A DNA stretch of 36,240 nt from Dirinaria sp. TL-2023a (lineage: Eukaryota): positions 1 through 36,240 of the forward strand of contig JAVEBF010000063.1 of NCBI GenBank assembly GCA_051941275.1. Direction: 5' to 3'. The notes beneath the pieces are model-generated. The model searched no databases and was not told the DNA's origin. It saw nothing but the letters and a program-made list of their open reading frames with translations. This document shows positions 1 to 11,942 of this stretch, piece after piece (within the stretch, counting starts at the first letter, position 1; every line of letters starts with the position of its first letter). The position numbers were made by a program, and so were the translations under genes.

Positions 1-3000
1 CTTCGAGGATGAAGGAGAAGCTGATGGTGGTGGTGGCTTGGTTTTGCCTCGCGGGCTCGGTTTCACAGGGTCCGGTTCCTCCTTGATCTCCTCGATACCG
101 AGTTCATCGTCGCCGTCATCATCGAGGTCCATGGCTTCTTTCTCGGCCTTCGAGCCGCCGTCCAGATCGTCGTCGTCATCATCAGGGCTCTCGTCCTCGT
201 TCGGTGAGATGCTGATCGGGTTGCCGTCTTCGTCTTCGTAGATCCATGCCGCGACGCCTTCGTCCATCTCTTCATCGTCTTCCTCATCGTCCCGCTCGGT
301 GTACACCGCTGCGTGGTTGGAGACACGGCCGCTTCGGCGCCGCTGCTGCTGCTCGGAGGAATCTTTTCCCCCAGCAGCGGGTTTCTTCGCCTTGGCCGGC
401 TTCGCCGTAGCTGGCTTATTACGCTTCTTGGCTGCTGAGTCTGCGGCCGTCGAGGCTTTTCGGATGGGGAGCTTCGCTTTCTTCTTCTCTCCTCCGCCCT
501 CGTTGTCGGCTTCGCTTTTCCGCTTCTTGGTGCCGCCGTGCGGCCGCTCTTTCCGGAGTGATCTCCGGATCAGATTCTCCACACCCTCTTCCACGCCATC
601 GGGCAGGAAGTTCTTTTCGGCTACTTCGACTGCTTCCGCGTGGTCCTTCACCTCCGTGAAAACGCTGCTGGGGAGCCGCACTTTCAATGGCAGCGCCTGC
701 ACGCTCCACCCGTGCGCTTCTTCCACTTTTCTGATCGTCAGCTGCGCGAGGTCGGAAAGAGTGTACAGATTCTCGTCGAGGTTCGAAATAGCGTCATGGG
801 ATTGCTTCACGCGCTGCGCGATGTGGTAGATCAGAGACATGTTGTCCTCGTTGGCAACATTCTGGAGGTAGAATAGCAGGTAGCGCGTGAAGTCAATGAG
901 GTCCTCTGCATCGGCGTTGTAGTCTGGGTGGTGAGCTAGAAGGGACAGCAGGCGCCCGAAGACCGACTCAAGGATCTTGTTGGGCTTGGTGCCGGATCCT
1001 GAGGCGTGAGGTGGCATAGCAGTGAAGTATGCTAACCGGCTGCGGATCCAGGTCGTGGTATCGGATTTCAGGGCAGTGCTGGGTTCAAACGCGAGGAGGA
1101 AGGGGATGGTGTAAAAGCGCTGGGGAAGCCGGTTGCGACCCAAGTATTTCTTGAGGCGTTGGAGAAATGAGACTCGCACTGCGGCTTCGGCGTCTTGGGC
1201 TACAAGCGCGAGCTCGTTGAATGTGGCTGGCGTAAGGAGGGCGTCGTGGGATTTCTTGACGCAAAGTTTGAGATACAATCGTGCGGCAAGAAGGCGTAGT
1301 CGTGATTTGTGTGTCGGAGGAGTGTTCTTGGAACCGGATAGTTCGCCTCGTTTAGCGACCAATGTGGCGAGAAGATTGTACACAGGTGCAGCGACCTCGG
1401 CCAGTGTATCCGCGGATTCGTACGATCGAATGCGATTGACAAGGATCTTGAGTGCCCAGCATTTAGCGGTGCACTCGGTGTCAATGGTATCAGACCAGGC
1501 GTATTGTTCAGAGGATTCATTAGAGGGGGAGCGGACTTTAAGGAGGGTGTCTTTGATGGCAATGTCGATCACGGCATCGCTCTCTTCTTCGACTTCATTG
1601 GGGGCGAGCAACATAAGTTGCGATATGGTGGCGAGGCGCGCAAGGAAGCCTGAACCCCCGTACTGGAAGCCTTTAACGCACTTCTCGACAAGCTCCTTAG
1701 CCAACAGCTCTTTCTTATCCGATGAGGTCATCATGATGGACACGGCATACTTGGCTGTTTCGGCTGGTGTGCCATAAAGTGCGAAGCTTGTCAGGGCTTG
1801 AATGAATTTTCGGTCCTGTGGGACCTCTGTCGCGAACCTTGAAGCAAAAGACGCACATGCTTTGAGATTGTTCACTGCGCCAGGATCGTTCGCTTTTGTT
1901 GCACTTGGTGCCTCATCTTGGAGCATCTTGCAGATCTCTTGCACGTGTGCTTTGAGTACCTCAGGAGTTCGTGATGATAGCTCTCGAAGGACTTCGTGAG
2001 CTGTCGAGGCAAGCCCGTTCTCGTCAGTCCTTGCATACTCCATGATTGCGGGGACATGGCTTTTGTTGTACAGGATTATGCTACTTCTGTACACTAAGGG
2101 GAGTAGAGTGTCTATCAGGTCTCTTGGAGCGTTTGTGGCGGTCTCGATACGCTTCATAAGCTCTTTCTGCGTATCCCATTAGAACATAGGTCAATTTAGA
2201 ATGCTGATGCAGTCTGCACTTACAAATGCTTTAAACATAGTCCTGTAGTCACTTTCAGGAGCCATACAAAAGCGAATTAATTGATAACTTCGGCGATCAT
2301 GCGTCTTCGCAAATTTCCACAAGTCAGTTACTGCCTTTGTTCTTTCCGGCAGAAGCTGCGCGAAATGCTCAATGAGTCCTTTCATTTTGTCCTTGATTTT
2401 GCTCTCATTTGTGTCCATCACGCCTCCCTAGACCATGTCAATGATTGATCTACTATCTGGATTGAGCTACTCACGTTGTAGTCTTCGCACCTCTCTAAGA
2501 ATGCTTTCATAACCTTTGCATGCTGAGTCTGGCGAAAGGGAAACGCGAAGAAGGCCTTCTTGGCCTTCTCGTCCAAGCCCTTAACTAGCGTCAATAGACG
2601 TTCTGTTCGTATCTTGTCTAGATCAATGCTTCGTGGGTCGACCTCTCCAGCTACTTGGCTTCCATTAAGCTTTTGCGAATCTCCATTCGATGATTTAACG
2701 CTCTTAACTTTGATTGGAGGGTAGCTTAAGGGTAACAGTTGCTCATAGAGGACGTGTTCGAGAAGGATATTGATTTCCGGATCATTGGTGTAAGAAGTTT
2801 CTAGGATCTTTGTCGGTATGGGCCCCAAGATCGTAATGACATTGTTATTTCCCGCCATGATCTCCCCTGAGGCGACACCCCATAACTTGCCCAGGATCTT
2901 CATAGCCTCCATCCGCACGATATGTTTGCGATCGCGGCATCTCTCCGCGAGGGTCGCCAGAACAGAGCCTGCTTCCGCCACGCTACCTAAAGACCCAAGT

Positions 3001-4500
3001 TTGGAAAAAACATCCCTGAAGCTGAGTCTGCCCACAGCTTTCACAGCTGCGACACGGACTTTCTCGTCTGCATCGCTCATCATACGAGCAAGATCGTTGA
3101 CTATGCGTTCCTCCTCTTCGCGCCCTAACCCCACGCCACCCGCTGAAGTGGCTAATATTCGACCGATTCCAGTTGTCCACGTCGCTCTGACGATTGGTGA
3201 TTTGTCATGTTTCCTGCCGAGGAATGTTGCGTACGCATGAGGATGAGCCTGTGGGAAAGGTTGTGGTGAAGATGGCTTAGTAAGGAGATTCTCGTTTATT
3301 GGTTCGCTGGAGTTGTCGAGAGATCCTGGTGGATAGCAAGCAGGATCCATGGACGGCGCTGGCGGTAAACCAGCTGCACCAATACCAGAAATGATGTCTC
3401 CAAGAGTCTCCGTAGCTAGTAACCTGAGCTGAACGTTTTCCGCAGAAAGCTCGGCTTCCAACTGCGGTATGACATTTTGCAACACTGCTGGACTAGCACG
3501 CCATAGTTCTCGCAATAGCTGGTGGGCTTTCCGAAGCTCTTTCATATCCTCCTCTGTGTTAGGTCCGCCAGCGTTTTCTTCATCAGAATCCTCGATGCTA
3601 TTTCTTCTTGTCGTCTTCTTTGGTGCGGAGGTTGAGGCATCTACAATGACCTCATTGAAATATTGACTGATTTGCTGCGCCATCTTTTCTGGACAGGAAT
3701 TGCAAATAGTCTTAGCCATGTTATAGGCTGGTGGCAGGTCCTTCAGAGTCAATGTGGTTTGTCTTTCATCAGCTATCAATCCATTCTTCTTGCCCTTCAT
3801 ACCTAGCGCTCCTAGAGCTCTAGGGTCGGCTCGCAAGAACTGTGCTACGACTATGTCGATTACTTCCATGGGCAGAGTCGACGCCTCATCGACCATTGTA
3901 ACAAGCACCGCAGTCATGTTAAACTCCACAGTCTTACCCAACTGCTCGCCACTAGACGCTTTCGATGATCCAGAGAGGGTATCGAAGAAAGTGACGAAAA
4001 GATTGATAATAAGCGCCTCTGAAGAGGGTAGATCGGTGAGAAGGACAATGCTCTTTACTGTAGCTAGCGAACTTAGAGCATACAGGTGCTGGTTGTTGTA
4101 GGCATGAGATGGATCTGCTAGTGAAGGTAAAATGGTACTGATAAGGAGATCGAAAATATCCTAGGCTTCAATCAGCAAAGCCTGTTTCGATTTTTAAGTG
4201 TTCCTGGTCACTGCCAACCTTTAATTGCTGCTCCGTATATGGCGCATCCGGCGCGCACAACCTAAGTATATCCACCAGACAGCAGGCCACGAATGCTTTA
4301 ACGCCTTTATCTTTGTGCGCCAGTAGATTTGGGCTCACAAGCTCCTTTGCGACTTTGGTGAATGCCTCTCGTGGGATATCTTCCTGGTCCAGCTCGCGCA
4401 GCTCCTTGGCCAGCGCTTGCAGCCTTCGCAGGAGATCCGCTATGGCGATAGGATTGCCAGCGCGCCATGACAGAGACTCACTGAATCGGAGGCCGGACAT
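1..4500 (-). CDS. PDS5: Sister chromatid cohesion protein Pds5 (HEAT repeats). 3' end lies outside the window. Exons approx. 4500-4219, 4160-2475, 2427-2224, 2166-<1
   Basis: N-terminus LRFSESLSWRAGNPIAIADLLRRLQAL...LLAHKDKGVKAFVACCLVDILRLCAPDAPYT, and LLQ-type VIPQLEAELSAENVQLRLLATETLG, are typical of Pds5/BimD/Spo76. GT-AG introns at 4218-4161, 2474-2428 and 2223-2167 restore the frame. Acidic/basic low-complexity C-terminal region. The start may lie in a further upstream exon (~4600). Confidence 0.95.
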
Positions 4501-4709
4501 ACTGGGAGTAAATGCTTCTATCAAAGGAGTCGCAACAGTTGTAGCTGTTCAGCTGGCCATGCTCTTGCGCATTCCTTACTATTTTCGGTACATCTGCCTC
4601 ATATGATTTTGGACTTGATTGAGTTTCTCATGATCTTTGAGAATCCAAGAGATATTCTCAAAGGAAAGATCATTGAATTGCCTTGGACTGAGTGAGTTGT
4701 AAGTTCTTG

Positions 4710-4763
4710 GCGCGTGGGCGCGTAGACTCGCGAGGTGTAAAACTCCCAACCGGGCTAGCGCGT
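4710..4763. promoter_or_regulatory. Cluster of MCB-like (CGCG core) elements upstream of PDS5
   Basis: GCGCGT at 4710, 4718 and 4758, plus TCGCGA at 4728. Cohesion genes are classic MBF (G1/S) targets. Confidence 0.55.
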
Positions 4764-5175
4764 GAAGGGGAACAGCGCCCTAATCACTACTTCATCTGAA
4801 CGGTTGAACCTTGAAATGTACGGAGCACTGAAATGCCAATTTGTACGAATTTCTGCAGCAGTCCAGCTCACCACATTGCTTTCATTGTGTTCTATCATCA
4901 AAAACATCGATGTTGAAGCTACCGTCTGGAAAGGTCATAAATAATCTCCAAGTTTCAAATTATTTCTAACCACAAATCAATGGCTACATGCAGTGCGTGC
5001 TATGCACAATCTCGACTTTTAATGTCCATAACATAATCGCTGCAATCGTGAGTTTCTATCCCTTGAGACGTGCGCCACCGATGCTGTCCTGTCACCCTAG
5101 TATATACACGAAATTCCCGTATACCAAGTCGTCATACAATATTTACTAGAAGCATAATGCAGGCCTCAATAAAGC

Positions 5176-6509
5176 TTACTCGGTAGATGTAGGACTGGTT
5201 GTTGATGCAAATGGCGCAAATGACACTAACCGCTCGGCCTGGTTGAAGACTACGTACTGAGTCAGGAAAAAGGGATTGGCCAAGTTACCCCAACCGCCGT
5301 CCGTAAGCCCTTGCAGCGCGCCTATACAGTCTGTGATGGGAGTTGTGTCAGAAACGCGTAGTAGCACGAATAGTGGAGCACTCACCAGTGCCATTAGTAA
5401 CATTCGTGTTGAATAGATGACCCGGTATCAAGGCAATCCCGCTCCCGATGTGCAAAGTTAAATCTGGTGGAATACTTTGACACGGCATAGTCCATCCTTT
5501 GCCTTGGCCACTTGTGTCCACGGATCCTGGTACTTGTGCATAATAAGCCTGCGCTATTTTGGCGTCGACAGTCATTATGGCGTTTCCGCCTGTGTCTGTG
5601 GAAATTCAGCATCAGATACAAAACTAGTACATAAAGGAGTTGAGATTTGACTGTACCTGCCATCATAATAGGTTGAAGGTATCCAAGACTATTCCCACCG
5701 ATTGAGAAGCTCACATTGTTGACAGCCCAAGCAAGAATTGTGGGGTCAGATGGGACAGTGGTCAAACTTCCATTGTAAGCTGTCTGATCTACAGCTCCAA
5801 ATCCAATTGTAGGATTGGCTGCTGGATTGAGATTGATGGTAAAGACCGGCTGAGCTAGAGATGATTGAAGCACGTCCATGAAGCCCGGATATTTCTTTGG
5901 AGTAACTGTGTATAATTATTAGCTATCCTTCTCCACCAACTCCGCGAAACTCATAATACTAACAGCCACTCGAGAAGCCCAATCCCATAATGCCGTCAGG
6001 CCAAGTGCTAGTAGTAGCACTCGTCGCTACTCCGACGGCCACGCTGGGAACACGGGCCGCTCCTAAGGATACGCTGTCCGTCACCACATACCCTGAGGCT
6101 CCATTCTTGCCGCTTCCGTACCAGGATTTGAAAATTTCCTGAGGCACTGTCTTTGAATTTGGGCTCTTCTGAGGGTCGTAAATCGATTTGTTACCATTTG
6201 TATCCGGAGCTGTTGGCCCGTAAACCCATCTGCACAGACTTAGTGACAATCGATAAGGTCTTTGCGGATCTCATACAAGTCGAAAGAACCAGTGTCAATT
6301 TCCAAAAGTACTGTCTGGCCCCCAATTGAGACCTTTGCAGCCCATTTGCGATTGTAAGAAATGAGGGGGGCAGAACTGGTTACTCCACCGCGCGCGATAT
6401 TCTTGGTTGGCGTCTGGGCAGCGGGATCGTCACTTCGATAAGTGGGCAAGCACCTGATGGTTGAGATCAGCCACTCCAACACGAAGAACACCACGAGAGA
6501 GACAAGCAT
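5176..6509 (-). CDS. Secreted pepsin-like (A1) aspartic endopeptidase, 5 exons (introns 6276-6229, 5963-5906, 5656-5596, 5385-5331)
   Basis: Signal peptide MLVSLVVFFVLEWLISTIRC. First catalytic motif DTGSFDLWV, flap YGSG, DGIMGLGF, second motif A-DTGG formed across intron 3, and C-terminal QYVVFN...VSFA. Confidence 0.88.
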
Positions 6510-7143
6510 TGTGCTGCCGCCAGCACAAATGTAGAATACCAGAAGACATGATAGGAGAGGCGATGGTATTCATAGGGGATATATGGTCAATGCACGTTCG
6601 TAGCAGCGATATCGCAATATCGCATGCTCAAGCGGCAAAAAGAGTACTCGACTACTCGTACCTACTAACTCGTGCTAGTGACTATGCGCGCTGCAGGATC
6701 GCAGACTTCGCAGTCCGGCCAGAACAATAATGACATGTACGCGCGTTGAACTTGCATAAGGAGAGCGGGTAAATTCCTCAATAGGTAAAGATTGGCAGCG
6801 GCTCTGCTAATATCCCTCGTTGCGGAAGCATGAAAACTGAAAAGTGCGCTTCAGGAAGCGCAAGGACCTCGCTGGCCGCAGCATCTGTACCAGAGTTGAG
6901 CAACGATGATGCGTGTGGCTTGGATGTTTCGCTCTAGTATCTTAGTGGTATTGGCTCCAATAATCTAGTGCCATTGTGCCAAGCATCCAGTACAGTATTT
7001 TCCTTAATTCCCGTCATCTTATCAATCTAATGTAGGTATCAGTTCGTTTCTTATCTGCTCTACGATAAGCCCCCCACCAGGAGCAAAATGATACTGTTAC
7101 TGCGGGTTTCCGCATCGTTGGACCTTACGATCGAAACTTCATC

Positions 7144-8704
7144 ATGGCTAGGTATATCGTAGTACTTCTCACCATTTCCATTTACCACGGCCTCATCAAT
7201 GCATCGTCCTTTTACGACAATCCGGAACAAGATCCCATCCCATTGGCCGACTACCCACCTAGTAGTGCTGAAGACCTCCGGCGTAAATGGGATTCGGATT
7301 GGCCATTTTCTGGAATCTCCACTTTTGCGCATCTGAAACATGTCCGCTGCCTCAGCGATCGAGAGGCCTTCTTCGATGTTGGAATCATCGGTAATTTTCT
7401 CCTCGTGATTGGCGCCGCGCCAAGTATAAAAATCTGATTGGGCAATTGTAGGCGCACCATTTGATACTGCAGTGAGCTATAGGCCCGGTATGACGACACT
7501 GTGTCTTCGATTTGTATCTGATTGTCGTAATTCTCTGCTCTTCAATATCATGTCCGGCATGGGTTTCATGCTGAGAGACCTTGGACTCCTCAGCGCTGTA
7601 CGAATTCAAAGGGAGGGTCTGTGCTTTGGTTGATTTTGGCGCTGCTTCGAACATGTCCCAAGCACCAATTGACATATGCCGATCATGACTTTTGAAAAAC
7701 CTTAGGAGCACGCTTCGGCCCTCGAGCCATCCGTGCCGCGTCCGCTCGCCAGATTCCTTTCCGCGGCTTCAATCCTAGACGAGGCCTGAATCCGTACTCG
7801 ACGCCTATCACCATCCTCGACTGCGGAGATATTCCTATAACTCCTGTCGACAATGCAGTTGCTCTCCATCAGATGACAGCTGCCTTTCTCGAACTTGGGT
7901 CCCGCTCGCCGGCACTCTCAGATCCCACATGGCCGAGGCCGAAACTGCTGACGCTAGGTGGAGATCATAGTGTTGCCTTAGCATCTTTGAGAGCATTACA
8001 TAAGATCTACCAGCAGCCGATCGCAGTGCTGCATTTCGATGCGCATCTTGATACTTGGCATCCGGCAAAGTATCCGAGCGCTTGGATATCTGAGCAGAGC
8101 AAGTTCACGCACGGAACGATGTTCTGGATGGCTTCGAACGAGGGTCTAATTCTGAATGGTTCTTCTGCTCACGCTGGGCTAAGAACAAGGCTAAGTGGCG
8201 ATGACTGGGAGGATTTTGCAGATGATGAGCAGCAGGGATTTTTGAGGATCACGGCAGATGAAATCGATGAGATCGGAACCTCAGGCATCATTGATGTTAT
8301 CTTGGAGAGGATCGGAACGAAGGTGCCTGTTTACTTGAGTCTCGACATTGATGTTCTTGATCCTGGCATTGTAAGTTGAATTCTTGCTCGAATCTCTTTT
8401 CGGAAAGCGGCTGACTGTACTGTGGTGCCCTGGTACCGGCACTCCTGAGGCGGGCGGCTGGACAAGCCGAGAAGTAATACGGATTCTCCGAGGTCTCGAA
8501 GCATTGAACGTTGTCGGAGCAGATATCGTGGAGGTTGCACCTGCGTATGACGGCGCCGGAGAGCAGACTGCTTTAGTTGCGTCTCAGGTAGGCTACGAAT
8601 TACTGACTAGCATGGTTGGAAGAGGGTTGAAGGAGATGGGAAAGGAAGATGAATTTGACAAAGGTAGTATTAAGAACATTGGCAAGAAGCGGGAAGAGCT
8701 GTAG
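7144..8704 (+). CDS. Agmatinase/ureohydrolase (arginase family) with N-terminal signal peptide. Exons 7144-7390, 7452-7487, 7706-8370, ~8426-8704
   Basis: Motifs [22 protein letters not shown] (spliced), [31 protein letters not shown] and [10 protein letters not shown]. The third intron acceptor is atypical (see findings). Confidence 0.92.
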
Positions 8705-9670
8705 GTCGACCGATCATGCTTCCCTGTCAAAGCTCGCGATTGAACGGGATAAGATGCAGACTGAGGTAACTTCTGCGGTCAGAGAGGAAGTTGCACAAAT
8801 TGCTCGTATGCTGCTGCTAGTTACGTTGGAAAATTGTCGCTGGTTAGTGTTCACTGCAGTACCGCGTGAACGACGCCGGCAATGCACCCGCGCTATTGAG
8901 TAGGCAGATCTACAAATATAAAGGTGGCGTGTGTTCCAGACCATATGAAGCTTCGGATTGGTGTGAACGTGGGTTCACACGCTTTCCAGAATTCATGCCT
9001 GCAAATGGACGTTAGCATCAGTGGATCAGAAAATAGATGATGCTGGCAGGAGAACAGAGCGAGAACCTTGCTGCGCAGTAGAAATGCGTTTTGGCAAGCT
9101 ATTCAAGATCCACATAGACTGCTTTGGAAGGTAATTCCCAGTGACAACAAATAATTGTAAGAACAAGGTAGGTATTAGGTACCTCCGTACGGTGTGCAAG
9201 GTTTATTTGCATAGCGTTTCTCGTAACAACCATTGGACACCATACTCTCAGACACGGTACCTTAGCATTTCGGCAAGAGACTGGCATTCATGGTCTTGAT
9301 GGCTGGAATTGAGCGTAATACCTAACGGATTTTTGAGGTGGTACTTTAAGTACATGTACTGTAGTGGTTCATGTTCCTCAACCGTAGTCCGTAGTCCATC
9401 GGGACTTCAGGGGGGCTGTAAGCCGCTAGCCCGATCAGGCGACAGGACTGTTCCATTCAAGTTCCTGTCGGTTAAGGAAAGAAGCCTCCAAGATCCGCAG
9501 CGTCTCAGGATAAATCTTCAAAGACTGATGGACTTCAATCTACTTCCCTTGCGTGGTTTTTGGGCTCATACTTCATATGTAAATTCTATATTACACTTTA
9601 TAGAATTCCGCATTCATTGTTAGTGGTGCCAGATCTCCGTTTCCCCATATCCGTGGATCGCTAGTTGGCA

Positions 9671-10933
9671 ATGGGCTGGTGCCGTTGGGCAGCCTTTTTA
9701 GGACTGCTAGCATGCATCGTGAGCAGCGATGCTGCAGTAGACCCTTCGAAAGTCAGAAAGATACCCGTAAGTAAAGACCTTCTCCCAACTGCGCCACGAT
9801 CGTGATAGCTGAAGTTTTCTAGCTACGGTCACACAGCTTGTCCTCAGTTAGTCCACCTATTCAGTGCTCAAAAATGCGTCCAAAGGTACACAGCTCTGAC
9901 ATCCCATTGCTTTGTAGCCGTTTCTGGATTCCGAGATCTCAAGCCGTTTTTTTGAATTCGGGGAAGACACAATTGTCCGAACTGACCAGTATGTGCCCTT
10001 CGATCTATCACTCTATCAGTTTCTGAGGCAAGGCCGCTTGCAGATATGTCCGTCTCACATCGGATCGCCCTTCACAAGATGGATGGCTCTTCTCACGACT
10101 TCCTTTAACCGCAACAAATTGGATGGTACATCTCCCTATTGGCCCCTCACCCTCAGAAGTAAGCGACTGATTTCGTCAGATCGAAGTTGAATTTAAAATC
10201 CACGGAATTGGACATCTTCACGGCGACGGCATGGCGATCTGGGTGACTGAGGATCGTGCCTCGCCTGGGCCAGTCTTTGGACACAAAGATAACTTCAAGG
10301 GCCTAGGCGTCTTTATCGATACGTACAAGAACCACCGGCCAGGAACTGTGTTCCCATACGTCATGGCAATGCTGGGGAATGGTACTGAGAAATATGATAA
10401 AGACAATGATGGGAAAGATAGCGAACTGGCAGGCTGCTCGGTATGGTCGTCTATGAAATCGTTCACACCCATGTTCTGAGGACGTACTGATGCATGCACA
10501 GGCGAGAGGAATTCGGGGTGCGTCGGTACCTACAAAACTCCGGATGACTTACTATCAGGAGCAATCCTTCAAAGTTGAGCTGCAATACAAATCCGCAGAC
10601 GAGTGGACAGATTGTTTTGAAGTTGGGGCTATCAAACTGCCACCTGTCACCTATCTCGGATTCAGTGGTGAGACCGGTGAGCTGACGGACAACCATGATA
10701 TTATCCAAATATCATCACACAATATGCATATTAGTGAGGCATGGAAAAATAGCGAAAATACCGACAGAGGAGCACGAAGGACGAAGGGAAAAGGGTATGA
10801 TCCCAACCGTGGTAGACAGGGTGGGGGTTGGGTGTGGTTCTTTCTGAAGCTGTTATTGATACCAGTCATCGCTGTTGGCGGATATGTTGGATGGACTGCA
10901 TATAGGTCGTCAAAGAGAGGATCACGCTTTTGA
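9671..10933 (+). CDS. L-type lectin cargo receptor (VIP36/LMAN2/Emp46-like). Exons 9671-9766, 9823-9846, 9918-9988, 10044-10125, 10180-10440, 10502-10933
   Basis: Signal peptide, then LRSHSL..PFLDS, YVRLTSDRPSQ.GWLFSR.PLTATNW, HGDGMAIW, GLGVFIDTYKN and ETGELTDNHDI. C-terminal TM helix with short basic tail ...KRGSRF. All splice phases are consistent. Confidence 0.92.
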
Positions 10934-11942
10934 ACGCTACTGGAAAGCCCGGAAGCGGTCATACCAAGGCATGACTCGACCCCTTGACTTCTCATTTTCT
11001 ACAATCTTTTCAGATATCGGTGATGTGCGCAGTCTTTCGTTCCATTCAAGTGATTTGCCTCTGGGTCTCCTAGTGAGTCGGGAGTCTTATACTGAGTCTT
11101 GTATGCCAAAAGAGTGGTCTTCACGTTGAAATGGCAACCGCAGGACTTAATCTCTTGGTTTCTAACTGGGCCGATATAGGTGCTGCTTCCTGCCTCCGTG
11201 TCCGCTTCGATTCCCTCCTGTGAATCTATCAAATGCCAACAACATGTCTCCTCGATCCAGATGTGCCTCACGAAGAGAGCGATACGCCTTCGTAACCCGT
11301 CGTGTCTCTGCAAATAGAGGCAGAAAATATCTATGTGCTTGTGAAACGCTACAGGACCTCACTGATCCACGACTTCTCATCTCCTCTACATTACGAACCA
11401 ATCTCAATACGCTCTGCCGCGTGCCGGTTATTACGGAAGCGCCAGAGTCCATCATGACGAGAGGCACTTCCTGCACGTGCTTAAGATGAATCTCCCTTTT
11501 CAAGGGGTTCTAATTAGCGGAATAAGACCTAAGAAATATGTATTACGGTTTGAAGCACACCTGTCCGAAGTTCGATAGTCGAGAACGTGACGAAGAGGAC
11601 AATGTACATGGTCCGAATTTCTCAATGGCTAGTGAAGCACTAGATCAAGGGTCCATGCACTACCTCATTCCAGAATGCGTGTTAATAGCCGGCAAGGGGA
11701 CTGGAAAAGCTGGCGAAAGATAGGCTAGAATCACATGTGGCAGCAGAACAAGATTTTGAAGCATGCGAGCTGTGATTAAGAACACTCAGTATTTATAAGA
11801 ACCTTAGGTACTGTAAGTGCTTTGTGAACGCCAACTCCTTTTTTTCCCCCACCGTTTAGAGCGCTTGTCTTCTATATACCTTGCCAGCTTTTGTTTCTTC
11901 ACTGCCTTAGCTTGGTGCGGTGAAAGCCACACGAACACTTCT

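Noticed and set aside
7560..7620. TPP riboswitch in the agmatinase intron (GCTGAGA motif)
   Set aside because: It lacks the downstream GAACTTGATC.GG.TAAT.CC.GCG..AGG core, and the gene is unrelated to thiamine.
9940..9960. Possible frameshift at the T7 run in lectin exon 3
   Set aside because: Counting gives CGT TTT TTT GAA, which keeps the frame.
11435..11450. DSGAS as a retrotransposon aspartic protease motif
   Set aside because: No gag, RT or integrase sequence, no LTRs, and no downstream ILG.D motif.
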